DNA from: Psammoneis japonica
Taxonomy: Eukaryota
Assembly (NCBI GenBank): GCA_008632985.1
Contig: QPGO01000054.1
Location: 186,001 to 250,000 of the forward strand
Length of the DNA stretch: 64,000 nt
Direction of reading: 5' to 3'
Position 1 is the stretch's first letter; each line of letters begins with the position of its first letter. The position numbers and the translations under genes were made by a program. The notes below the pieces were generated by a model that was given only the letters and a program-made list of their open reading frames with translations, made no database searches and was not told the origin of the DNA. Shown piece after piece: positions 1-12,394 of this stretch.

Positions 1-362
1 CAAAGGCTGAGGCTGCACCAGTGGGAGAGAAAACACAGTGTCTTTGGAAGGCCAAAGAAGAGATGTCAGCACTGCAACCAACCAAGCTCTGCTCCTGTCC
101 TCAGTGATGGGTGCCAGGAAAGATGAGATGTGATGTGATGGTTGACACTCCTGGAGTGTCCATGCACTTGGATAGGATGAGCTGCTTTGCTTGCATTCAG
201 AAGGTGAGGTGGCTGAGCCACTCTGTCAGATGGTTCCCAAAAAGTGCAGAAAATGCACTGTGATGGAGAAAAGAAATCTTGTGCAACTGTGTGCTGAGCT
301 GGGGCTCTGCAGAACAACTGTCCTTCTTCCTCTGCAAGGATTTGGGCATCAAGGTCAACTCC
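1..362 (+). mobile_element. Degenerate Ty1/Copia (CoDi-like) reverse transcriptase fragment
   Basis: Diverged copy of 2461-2845. Translation EGEVAEPLCQMVPKKCRKCTVMEK...LCAEL matches the diatom Copia RT pattern EGEMAExLxxxxPxKYxKYxVMEKGKxxLYVxL once Y->C changes are allowed for. Confidence 0.75.
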
Positions 363-399
363 TCAGCACATGTGCTGGCTGATGTGTCACTGGGTGAGC

Positions 400-3300
400 T
401 GAGCACTCTGGTGGATGGCACTGCTCCCCTGCCCAACTCAAAAGGTGAGAGGCAGTGCACAACATCTCCAAGACCATGAGCAGTCACACACAGGAGTTGT
501 CATTGATGTTTGGCCAGTGCATCCAGCTGTTGAAGAGTCACTTGAAAGGGGGAGTGATGTCTGGACTGAGATTGCAACATGACCACCAATGTGGATGGCC
601 AGACAACTGGAGCTAATCTGAAACTGTGTGGTGCAAAAACAAGTCTGTCAGAGCTCAGTGCACACCATCATTGATGCCAAACTTGACCCACTCACCTTCT
701 GTCAAAAGCCTGTCACATGGCAGATGTGGGCAACTGTGACTGACAAGGCAAAAGATCTGATTGGGCAGGCATTGTGTCAAGCAGTGCCCAGCTGGGCAGA
801 TCAAGGCTCACCCTGACAGGGTGATGGTGACCTCCCAACCACATGAGAGCAAGAAATCTAAGCCAAAACAGCTGCAAAAAACAAGTGTGTCACAGCCCCA
901 TGTTCTCCTCACTTGGCAGTGGTTGGTGTGCCAATGTGGCAACCTGGTGGCTGATGTCAAGAACAAGCACACCAAGGTTTAAAAGACAAGTGCCCAACAA
1001 CACTCAAGAGGGCCTTCAACTGCATCTTCTTCTTTGTCCCACCCAAACATGGCTCTGCAGTTCAAAGCTGCAGCAGCCTTTCTTGCCACCAAACCCACCA
1101 AAAGAACACTGTGATTTATGCCAGGATGCAAAACAGGTCAAGGAAGGTGAGTGCAGTGGAGGAGGTGACCACAGTGCTGTTGTCAGAGCACTGGACAAGG
1201 CAGAGGATGACCAAGCCAAACAACCAGGGATCCAATCATGAAAAGAGAACACAGATGTGTGGGCTGCCCAGCCAGCTCCTTCCAGATGGCTTAGATGGTC
1301 TGGAGGAGAATCTGAAGGCTGCTCACTCACCCCCCTCTTGAGAGGCAGTGCTGCCATCTCACCTGCACAGTGCCCAGCCATGCCTCACAAGCAACAACAA
1401 GAAGCTCCTGACAGATGTCCATGACACACCTCCTCATTGGCTGTGCATGATGTGCTGCAATGCTTGCACCAGTCAGGACTGCCAAACTTTGAGGCTGGCA
1501 TTGGGATTTCCCCATGGCCAGCAGTTTGGGGTGTCATTTGACAGTGCTGAGGACAATGCCCCTGTGCCCCACATGATGCCAAAGGGCATGTGCAACACAG
1601 CTCAACCCCACTGGCTGAGCATGGCATGTGCACATTGCCTTTGTCCCACCCCACAAAGACTTGATGGCTCTCATCAGCCAAGTCTCTGCCACAACCCAAC
1701 TCACTGCACCTGTGCATGCAGGTGCTGTCAAGGCCTGCTGCCACCACACACAAAACATTGCGATGTTCCCCTCTGACAGGATGCCCAATCACACAGCAAA
1801 CAAGAGCCAGCGCTGCTGAGCTGCCCAGTTGCCTGGCACAATGTTGCAAGTGCACACAGCAAATTTGTGTTTTTGGCCTCAACATCAGTGCGCTGGAAGG
1901 AAATGTGGCACATTGTCAAGGGCTCCCAGCTCAAGGCATGTGTGGTGGTGTGCGCTGCTCATCAAACCTGCAGACACATGCACCAGAACCTCACTCTCTG
2001 TTTCAACCCTTTGTTTGTCCACAACATTGTTTTCTTCATTGTGTTTTGTGCAATGTCCAGATTGGGTGATGACAACTCTGCCCTGGGCCTCAGGTTGGGT
2101 GCAATTCTGACTCAGACTCCAGCGACAAGAAAAATGACCATTCCTCCTGGCTGAGCAAATGGAGATTGGAATTGTGGCCAAAGTGATCACACATGTGCAA
2201 CCTCTTCATCCAACATTTTGAAGACCTGATGGGGGAGGGGGTGTTCCTTGCAGATTAAATGGTGTCAGTGAAGAAAGGCTTGAAGGTGTTTGGCAAGGCT
2301 GGAGCAGAAGCTGTGGTGTCAAGGAGATGAATCAACTTGACTGCAGGGGTGGTGCAGCCCAGCTGCTGGTGTTTGCCACAGACATCACAAGAGTGCAAAA
2401 ATAGAGTGCACCAAGAAACCACATCACACACCTCAAGAAACAGATGTGGGGCAGCATCATCAAAGGCTGAGGCTGCACTGATGGGAGAGAAAGCAGTGTC
2501 TTTGCAAAACCAAAGAAGAGATGCAGTGCTGCATGCAACCAAGCTCTGTTTCTCTCCTCAATCATGGGTGCCAGGAAAGATGAGATGCCATGATGATTGA
2601 TGCTCTTGGGGATGAGCTGCTTTGCTTGCATTCAGAAGGTGAGGCAGCCAAGCCAATCCTCTGCCAGATGGTCCCCAAGAAGTGCAAAAAATGCACTGTG
2701 ATGGAGAAAGTAAAATCTTGCGTGGCTGTGTGTTGAGCTGAGGAAGGGGCTTTGCAGAACAACCCCACAAGCAAGGGGCCTTGCTGCTCTGGAAGAACCT
2801 GCTCTTCTTCCTCTGCAAGGATTTGAACCTCAACAAGGTCAAACTTGTGTGGCTGATGTGTGGTGAAAAAGACTGCCAATGGCAAGCAGTGCAAACCATC
2901 ATGTGGCAAGTTGGTGACTCGAAGCTGTCCCACATCATTGAAAACAGGAAGTGGCCAAGAACATTGCTGAAACTCTCAAGAGTGGCAAGTGTGGAAAAGA
3001 GAGACACTCCCATCCACCAAGGTGAGACACATGGCTGTGTTGGTGCAACCACAGATTTCTCAGATGGCAATGCTGGCAAGTTCATTGCAAAGAGCTGCAT
3101 TGCTTGAACCCTGGAAGAAGCCCCAGAGAACATGGATCATGGAGCCACAAAGCTGGACCTGGATTGCAAGGATTTGTTCAGCAAGTCAGTTGGTGGTGCA
3201 GAAACTCAGCGCATGAAAGCAGACCCACCTTGTCATTTTGCAAAAAGCTGCTGCACTTGTCCCTCTGAGCTCTGGACCTGACATCCAAATGGCAGCAGTG

Positions 3301-3790
3301 TCCTTCCTGTGCTCTGGAGTTGCAAGGCTGAACAAGGATGACTGGAAAAGAAGCTGCTGCAACACTGTGTCCAAAACTGTCCTGCCCACATGCAAGGCAG
3401 ACAAGAGCTGGTTCCCACCCTTGAAGCTGACAAGGACACTGCCATCCATTGAGTGGCATCTGGACACATCATGATTTGTGGCTCACCAGGACTGCAAAAA
3501 TCAAGATGAGTTGTCTGTGTCTTTGTGGGAAAGAGGCCAGCATGTTCCTCATTCACCAAGCAAAAATTGAACACACCAAGAGCCAGGCTGAGGCTGAATT
3601 GTCCAGAGGAGATGATGAATGCCTCTTGTCATTTAGACACAAGGTATTTCTTGGAAAAATGCAGGGCTGCAGTGTGAAGGACAATGTGGTGCATGAGGCA
3701 ACCAAAGTGCAGTGCTGTTGGAGAGAAATGGATGTGAAGCATTCCCAAACATCACACAAAAAAGAAACATTCCCTCATCTCTGATCAGCG
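400..3790 (+). mobile_element. Degenerate, internally deleted CoDi-like Ty1/Copia LTR retrotransposon (gag-protease-partial integrase-RT-RNase H)
   Basis: Motif remnants in Copia order. Gag: FGQCIQLLKSHLK and CGNLVADVKNKHTK..DKCPTTLKRAFN. Protease region: NKKLLTDVH..CNA and VSFDSAEDNA. Integrase start: FGLNISALEG and LTLCFNPLFVHNIVF. RT: SVKKGLKVFGKAGAEAVV-KEMNQL, LLLWKNL, TIMWQVGDSKLSH (WHVDDLK) and PDIQMAAVSFLCS. RNase H: KQKLN-TKSQAEAEL and QGCSVKDNVVHE-NQSAVLLERNG. Many frameshifts. LTRs were not identified. Confidence 0.85.
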
Positions 3791-5044
3791 CACCCACTCT
3801 TGACAAACCAAGATGCCAGTCATTGAGATTGTGAGGTCATGGTGTGAGTTTGTGGAGAGCCCAGAATTTCAGCACTTTTGCCTGTCACCAATCATCAGGT
3901 CATTTGATTGGGAAGCTTCCAATTTGGTGCAACTCAACAAAGGTGGTGTTGCAAAAGTTGCAATCACACCCAGAGAAGATCAAAGAAGGCTCAGTTTGAG
4001 CATTTTCATTGACATCCACAGAAAATGGCTTTTGAAGCTTGCAACTGGCAAAGATGGAGGAATGCACAATGTGTTTCTTGCACAATCAACCCATTGCAGT
4101 GCCAGACCAGCAAGAATCCCTGCTCTCTCTCTCTCTCTCCTCTCTCTCTCATTGATGCAGTGTTTTCTTCAACTGTGATGTGGAAACTGTTGCAGCTCTT
4201 TTTCAAAAAGAAAAGTCAAGGTGGTGACAACAGACATCCATCAATCTTTGTTTTTTGTGGTTTGCACACAAGGGATTGGAAGCTTTGGCTTTCCAAATCA
4301 CTTTTTTGCTGGAGACACTCCTCACAAATGATCACCATCATTGTGGTTGCAACGCTGCTTGGCATTTGGTGCATGTGGCTAGAAACTTGTTGGCGGCAAT
4401 GTGCTTGTTGCTGACACTCTTGATTCATTCTGTTCTGGAAGGAATGGCCATTGAAGTTGCTGCTGATGACAGTGTCAAAAATGTTGAGCCCAGCACAACT
4501 CAAAGAGGAGCACATGAGAGGGAGAAAGACAGTGAATTAGAATGGATTCATTGTTGAAGCTGCTGCACTGGACCCAAATGTGAATGCAGCAAAGGCCTTG
4601 TGAGAGCCAGAACAACAATGCAAGTGAACATGATTTCTCATCATCAGAAGACACTGGGGGCAGCATTTGCAACTTCCATCATTCAGTGCATTGCAAGCCT
4701 CCCTCTGCATGTCCATTTTGAAAGTTGCTGTGCATGGCAGTGTTGTGCACCAACAAGAAATGTGAGCAATGCAGCATTGGTCTGCTGGTGTGTTTGTGCT
4801 TGGCTGTGAGTTGATGTCTTCTTTGGCATTTGTGGTCTGCCCATGGCTCTGGCCCATGCAATTCTTGTCACTCAAACTGGTGGTGCCATCGGAATGGAGA
4901 GCCAGCTTGTGAGTCCTTCTGGGTGCCACAGCAGGTGCAACAAATGATGCTGGATGAACAGGCTCACCACAAATTTGACAGCAACCTTCACTCATGGCAT
5001 TCAATCTTAGTGTGCCTGTTCTGCCATCAGGCGCAACAAACAAT

Positions 5045-5720
5045 TCAAATGCAAACACCATTTTCAGTTTTCAACCTCTTGGATGTTGTGTGTTGGCATG
5101 AATTGTTTTGCTCCTTGTGCGTGAAACACAGGGATCTTCCATCATGCTCTGGAAAAGTGCTCCACATGCAATTTGCCCAGCAAAACACTCTCCAACCTTT
5201 CTTCTGTTAATCAAAATGATTCATGCACACAAGCTGCATGTGTTCTCCCCACAGAAACTTCTTGGTGCCACCACACATGAATGTGGCACAAAGTGGGGTG
5301 AACGTCATCATGAAAAAGAAAGATGTGGCCATTTTGAGAAGATCAAAAACACAAGAATTGCTTCCACAGCACTTGCAGACTTTGGGAGGGAAAAACAAAT
5401 GACACAATGCATTGGTGTCAACTTGAGCCAAAAACCAACATGTCAAAACCTTTGTTCTTGACAACAAATGGAATGTTGTCACAACTGTTGGCCACAGAAA
5501 GACAGCAAAGTTGGCCTTGTTCTTCCAGAGATTCAAAAGCCAAAAGAAAATTGACATTTCCCACCTTGGGAGCACCAGACATGATGACCATCACTGGGTG
5601 GGGAATCAAACTTTGGTTGTTGCATGTTGCTGCCATGCACTCACAAAGACAAACAGCAAACAGCATTGCCGGCGCTCCTCTGAGAAAGTGTCTGCAAATG
5701 CACAGAGAGCAATCAGGAAA
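5045..5720 (-). pseudogene. Hypermutated duplicate of the 3' half of the class-3 lipase gene
   Basis: Aligns to about 8015-8715. Still reads IPHPVMVIMSGAPKVGNVNFLLAFESLEEQGQL and FTPLCATFMCGGTKKFLWGEHMQLV, with frameshifts and the GHSLG motif degraded. Confidence 0.93.
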
Positions 5721-6800
5721 TCTTGTGTGGCTGTGTGTTGAGCTGAGGAAGGGGCTCTGCAAAACAACCCCACAAGGGGGCTTGCTGCTCTGGAAGAACC
5801 TGCTCTTCTTTCCCTCTGCAAGGATTTGAGCCTCGACAAGGTGACTCCTCTTGTGTGGCTGATGTGTGGTGAAAAAGACTGCCAATGGCAAGCAGTGCAA
5901 ATCATCATGTGGCAAGTTGGCAACTTGAAGCTGTCCCACATTGAAAACAGGAAGTGGCTGAGAACATTGCTGAAACTCTCAAGAGCGGCAAGTGTGGAAA
6001 AGAGAGACACTCCCATCCACTGAGGTGAGACACATGGCTGTGTTGGTGCAGCCATGGATTTCTCAGATGGCAACAGCAAGTTCATTGCAAAGAGCTGTGT
6101 TGCTTGAACCCTGGAAGTGGCCCCAGAGAACATGGATCATGGAGCAGCAGAGCTGGACCTGGCTTGCAAAGATCTGCTCAGCAAGTCCTTCAGTGATGCA
6201 GAAACTCAGTGCAGAGAAAGCAGACCAACATTGTCATTTTGCAGAAAGCTGCTGCACTTGTCCCTCTGAGCTGGACCTGATGTCCAAATGGCAGCATCCT
6301 TTCTGTGCTCTGGAGTTGCCAGGCTGGATGAGGATGACTGGAAGAAATGCTGCAACACTGTGTCCAAAACTTTCCTGCTCATGTGTGAGGCAGACAAGAG
6401 CTGGCCAGTTCCCACCCTTAAAAAGCTGACAAGGACACCACCATCCATTGAGCAGCAGACAGACACATCATGATTTGTGGTTCACCAGGACTGCAAAAAT
6501 CATGAAAATTGTCTGTGTCTTGGTGGGAAAGGGGCCAACATGCTCCTCATTCACCAAGCAAAAATTGAACACACCAAGAGCCAGGCTGGGGCAGAGTTGT
6601 TCAGAGCAGATCATGGCATGCTGCTTCTGGTCATTTAGATGAGAGGCATTTCCTGGCAGCATGCAGGGCTGCAGTGTGAAAGACAATGTGGCACACAAGG
6701 CAACCAAAGTGCAGTGCTTTTGGAGAGGAATGGATTTTTGAAGCATTCCCAAACATGCACAAAAAAGAAACATTCTCTTGCCTCTGATCAGCGCACTCCC
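5718..6800 (+). mobile_element. Second copy of the degenerate Copia RT/RNase H region
   Basis: Reads CVELRKGLC, LLLWKNL, IIMWQVGNLKLSH, SFLCSGVARLDEDDWKK and KQKLNT. Duplicate of about 2713-3800. Confidence 0.85.
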
Positions 6801-8014
6801 TCTTGACAAACCAAGATGCCATTCATTGAGATGGGGTGAGGTCATTGTGTGAGTTTGCAGAGGGCCCAGAATTTCAGCACTGTCGCCCATCACCAATCAT
6901 CAGGTTCTTTGATTGGGAAACTTCCAACATGGTGCAACTCAACACCGGTGTTGTTGTAAAAGTTGCAAGCACACCTGGAGAAGATCAACCCTCACTTTGA
7001 ACATTCAACATCCACAGAAAATGGCTTTTGAAGTTTGGCAAAGATGGAGAATTGTGCACAATGTGATTCTTGCACAATCAACCCAGTGCAGTGCACCAGA
7101 CCAGCACGAATCATCCCTCCTCTCTCATTGGCAGAGTTTTTTCCAACTGTGCTGTGGAAACTGTTGCAGCCCTTTTTCAAAAAGAAAAGTCAAGGCGGTG
7201 ACAACAGACATCCATCAATCTTTGTTTTTTGTGGTTTGCACACAAGGGATTAGAAGCTTTGGCTTTCCAAATCACTTTTTTGCTGGAGACACTCCTCACA
7301 AATGATCACCATCATTGTGGTTGCAATGCTGTTCAGCATTTGCATGGCTGGAAACTTGTTGGTGACAGTGTGCTTGTTGCTGACACTCTTGATTCATTCT
7401 GCACTGGAAGGAATGGCAATTAAAGTTGCTGCTGATGACAGTGTCAAAAATGTTAAGCCCAACACAACTCAAAGAGGAGCACATGAGAGAGAGAAAGAGA
7501 GTGAAACGGAATGGATTCATTGTTGAAGCTGCCGCACTGGACCCCAATGCGAATGCAGCAAGGGCCTTGTGAGCCAGAACAGCAATGCAAGTGAACATGA
7601 TTTCTCATCATTAGAAGACACTGAGGACAGCATTTGCAACTTCGATCATTCAGTGCATCGCAAACCTCCCTCTACATGTCTATTTTTGAAAGTTGCTGTG
7701 TAAGACAGTGTCGTGCATCAATCAGAAATAGGAGCGACGTAGCATTCGTCTGCTGGTGTGTTTGTGCTTGGCTGTGAGTTGATGTCTTCTTTGGCATTCG
7801 AGGTCTACATAGCTCTGGCCCCAGCAATTCTTATCACTCTAATTGGGGTGGTGCCATCGGAATAGAGAGCCAACATATGCGTCCTTTTGGGCGCCATACT
7901 AGGTGCAACCAATGATGCTGGATGAATAGGCTTACCACGAATTCGACAGTAACCTTCACTCATATGGTTATTAATCTTAGTGTATCTGTTCTGCTATCAG
8001 GTACAACAAACAAT

Positions 8015-9613
8015 TCAAATGCAATCACCACTTTCAGTTTTTTCAACCTCTTGGATATTATGTGTCGGTATAAATTGTTTTGCTCCTCCCGCATGAAACA
8101 CGGGGATCCTCCATCGTGCTCTGGCAAAGCGCTCCGCATACAACTCGTCCAGCGAAACGCTCTCCAACCTTTTCTTCTGTCGATCAAAACGATTCATGTA
8201 CACAAGCTGCGTGTGTTCTCCCCGCAGAAACTTCTTGGTGCCACACGTGAATATGGCACAAAGTGGGATGAATATCATCATGAAAAAGAAAGATCTGACC
8301 ATTTTGAGAAGATCAAACACGAGAATTCCACAGTAACTGCGGACTTTGGGAGGGAAACTAATGACGTAACCCCGCGGTTTCAGCTTGAGCCGAAAACCAA
8401 CATGTCGAAACCTTCGTTCTTGACAACAAATGGCATGACATAACGCCAACGCCCCAATAGGAGGTGACAATGTGACAATGTCGCGATAGTTGGCCACATG
8501 AAGGCAGCGAAGTCGCCCTTGTTCTTCTAGGGATTCAAAAGCCAACAGAAAATCGATATTTCCCACCTTGGGAGCACCAGACGTAATGACCGTCACTGGG
8601 TGGGGAATCGAACTTTGGTCGTTGTGTGTCGCTGCCGCGCACTCAAAGGCAAACAGCGTAGCTAGAGCTCCTCCAAGAGAGTGTCCGCAAATATATAGAG
8701 AGTAATCTGGACATTCCTGAAAGACTTGCTCCAGCTGTGTCATTATGATCTTGTACTTTTCTTTCTTCATTGACAATTTAGTCTCTGTGTGAGTGCTTTC
8801 CGCCCTGACCCCCTGCTTGTCTTCGTTTGCGCTGGTGGTATTAGTAGTCCTTGTATCCGCGTCCACTGAACTCAATTGAAGAGCTCCATTTCGACCTTCA
8901 CGTGCAGTGCTACCAAGAAAGAGAGAGTCAGTCCAGCCTTCTTCGCCATAGAGATACTCCTTAAATCCAAAATGGATGGCAAGATTATCAGGCGGACCAG
9001 CTACGGGGTTTTTCAGGTTGGACAAGATAGCTTTGGCGTCTTGCTGAAAATCTTTAGTAGTGACTGAGCCACGAAAAGCTACGGTCACTCGTTTGAGAAC
9101 ATGGTTAATTCCAATGGCATAGACACATTCTTCTTCGCTACGGGCATCATCGACGTGGAGAACAGAGTTCGTGTCCAGCTCTTCACTGCTCAGGTTCCAA
9201 GCTTCCTGATACATGTAAACACGTTCGTCACAGGCCACCATAGTTCGGATGCGGTCCAGGTTTTCATTGTAGAGCGTGGCAACGTCACGAAAGGAACAAG
9301 GGCACTCCAAGACGCGTTGAATCAAGTCGGGGTCGCTCTTGTCAATTTCTCCCTGTCGAATGAGATTTCGAATGTCAGGATAACAAACATAAGGTACGAT
9401 GCTGTAAGGTGAAATGAAGCAGAGTTGGATCTTGCGAATGTCAGCGAACTTTTTTCTATAATAGCATGTGAAGCATGATAGAACTGCTCCGTTATCAGCA
9501 TGCGTACCTAGCAAAGGTCTCCTGGCTTCTTCGTAGATCGACATGGAGATTTTCTCCTCCGTTTTGGGAGACTCTGATGCCTGGTTTTCGACGTCTCTCT
9601 CGTCTTCTGCCAT
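8015..9613 (-). CDS. Class 3 (fungal-type) triacylglycerol lipase
   Basis: 532-aa ORF with VTVAFRGS, IHFGF, the ICGHSLGGALATL nucleophile elbow, SGAPKVGN, and NYRDIV. Confidence 0.92.
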   Translation of the reverse strand: MAEDERDVENQASESPKTEEKISMSIYEEARRPLLGTHADNGAVLSCFTCYYRKKFADIRKIQLCFISPYSIVPYVCYPDIRNLIRQGEIDKSDPDLIQRVLECPCSFRDVATLYNENLDRIRTMVACDERVYMYQEAWNLSSEELDTNSVLHVDDARSEEECVYAIGINHVLKRVTVAFRGSVTTKDFQQDAKAILSNLKNPVAGPPDNLAIHFGFKEYLYGEEGWTDSLFLGSTAREGRNGALQLSSVDADTRTTNTTSANEDKQGVRAESTHTETKLSMKKEKYKIIMTQLEQVFQECPDYSLYICGHSLGGALATLFAFECAAATHNDQSSIPHPVTVITSGAPKVGNIDFLLAFESLEEQGRLRCLHVANYRDIVTLSPPIGALALCHAICCQERRFRHVGFRLKLKPRGYVISFPPKVRSYCGILVFDLLKMVRSFFFMMIFIPLCAIFTCGTKKFLRGEHTQLVYMNRFDRQKKRLESVSLDELYAERFARARWRIPVFHAGGAKQFIPTHNIQEVEKTESGDCI

Positions 9614-10126
9614 TTTTACGCTGAACGCTATTTCTCTTGAGATACAAACTGAATCTCACTTTTGATGATTGGTGCGGAGTGTGGAAAGTATCGATCGCTT
9701 CTGCGATGCTTCTGCATTTTGGATTTGGCATCGACACGACGAACGACGAGCAAAAAATTTCAAAAATTGCTTCAATATAAATATTCATTCCCGAGAATAA
9801 TCATTGACAGCCGCAGCTTTCCCGCCTTTTCTTCATCACGTCTCTCAACTCTCAATCTGTTTCCGCCATGATGATGGTTCGGGCGATGAGCAAAATGCGT
9901 GTCGGAAGCAGAAGTGGAGCCAACCACCACTTCTGAGCTTGATCCGTTGCAACAACAGTAGTCTTGAGGATTGATGACTTCTGTTGCTGGTCTAGGTCCA
10001 TTTTGGTGCTAGAATTTTCATCTGCGACCCAAATTTTCTGCCGCCTGCTTGACACTTGACACACCACAGCATTCCGCGCACCAAACCAACCATAAGAACA
10101 CACAAGACAGCATCCGTCCAAAAGCA

Positions 10127-11007
10127 ATGTTGATGTCGGCGATTATACGGCTACAAATGATCGTCTTCGCTGCTTTCTATGGAAACGTGCGCTCCTTTTC
10201 TCGTCCGTCGAAGCCTTCATCATGCCATCGAACAAAAGCAGTGTACGCCGGGGACCAAAGAGATGAAACCATGTTTGATGAGAGTGATTGGAGAAAATAC
10301 CAAAAAACATCACCCTTGAAGCAAAAATTCGAAGGAGCGGGTGGAATTCTCTATAAAACGTCGGTCTTTTCACCAGAGGATCACGCCGCGATTCTTCACG
10401 ACGTGTCTCTGCTTGCTCATTTCATGTCGGCAGAAACAAGCTCGTCTGTGGCCGTGAAACGAGTCGGAGCTCCTATCTTGCCGGATTCTAAAACTATGAA
10501 ACTGTTTCGAGAAGGATCTCTATTGAGTTTTTTACACCGAGTAGTAGGGGACGAGTATGAGCTTGCCGAAGACATCCCTGTTGAGGTGCGAGTTTTGCCT
10601 CGCTGTGAAAAACAATTGCTCATACCTGATCATTCACTGTCATGTTTTGTTGTCAATAGGCTCGAGTCTATGAACAGGTAGGATCGGGTATGGTGTGGCA
10701 CGTAGATGATGTCTTGTACGATCCTCCTCAGATTGAAGCAGTCTTTACAGTCGAAAACAACTCGGATTGCAGGACCATGTGGAAAGAAAACGACAAACTT
10801 GTACAAGTTGAAACCGACGACAATTCTGTTGTCTTGCTTCGAGCTGGTGGAGTTTCACATTGCGTTTCTTCTCTGAAACGTGGCAGACGAGTGATTATAA
10901 AGTGTGCGTTTGTGGAAAAGGGTGCGCAAAAAGTCGAGCAGGTTGTTCGGCAGTTTGAGAATCCCAGGAAGAAGCCGAGGAAGAATCACAAGAGAAAAAG
11001 TGGCTAG
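10127..11007 (+). CDS. 2OG-Fe(II) oxygenase-like protein, probably plastid-targeted (2 exons)
   Basis: Intron 10586-10659 (GT..AG) joins IPVE to ARVYEQVGSGMVWHVDD. Has an HxD motif, a distal His (SHCV) and RRVIIK. N-terminal signal peptide is followed by VRS-FSRP, resembling the ASAFAP motif. Confidence 0.75.
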
Positions 11008-11322
11008 TCTCAGATTGCTAGGTACACGACTTCTCTCGAGAGCTAGACTCTAGAGAGACAAGGTTTGACGACTTGCCCATTTAGGCCTCTGGGAATAATC
11101 CATAATGTGGCGGGGTCCGCCGTGGCCCGTGGCTGCACGCGCAGGACGAAGGTCGGACGCTCATTCTGTACATGGTACGTGGAACCCCTGATCAAGATTC
11201 CTTTCGTACCTACGTAACATACTACGTTGTTCATTTCAATGGAATCCTATTCTCAACGCATCAAGATGCCGATTTTTCAGGTCATTCTCAGCACTGACAT
11301 TTCGTTTGCAAGAAGATCGACC

Positions 11323-12394
<1,072 letters not shown>

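Larger units (their letters stand above)
1..7600. other. CpG- and TpA-depleted hypermutated repeat block 1
   Basis: CG and TA dinucleotides are nearly absent and TG/CA are abundant. ORFs here are rich in C/H/Q/W/M and almost lack Tyr. CG/TA return gradually between about 7500 and 7950. Boundary is approximate. Confidence 0.95.
2713..8715. repeat. Tandem segmental duplication, about 3.0-kb unit (about 2713-5720 and about 5718-8715)
   Basis: Colinear matches along the unit: 2713 vs 5718 (AAATCTTGYGTGGCTGTGTGTTGAGCTGAGGAAGGGG), 4201 vs 7175, 4953 vs 7921 and 5688 vs 8681. Each unit holds Copia RT/RNase H, a spacer and the 3' half of the lipase gene. Confidence 0.93.

Noticed and set aside
4200..4950. 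Possible degraded plus-strand gene between the Copia relic and the lipase copy (twin at about 7180-7920)
   Set aside because: Protein-like in places, but has stops in both copies and no recognisable family.
66..7598. Dozens of 60-175-aa ORFs in block 1, and likewise in blocks 2 and 3, as genes
   Set aside because: They overlap in all frames, are C/H/Q-rich and lack Tyr. They are by-products of TAA/TAG loss in degenerate repeats.
1..7600. Classical fungal RIP as the explanation for the blocks
   Set aside because: RIP (CpA->TpA) enriches TpA and lowers GC. Here TpA is removed and CpA/TpG accumulate.
7922..8443. 173-aa plus-strand ORF, and similar antisense ORFs such as 39030-39542 and 61431-61997
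   Set aside because: Antisense shadows of well-supported genes on the opposite strand.
10690..10710. WHVDD as a Copia RT catalytic motif
   Set aside because: It lies in an intact spliced gene with a distal His and Arg, consistent with the HxD of a 2OG oxygenase.
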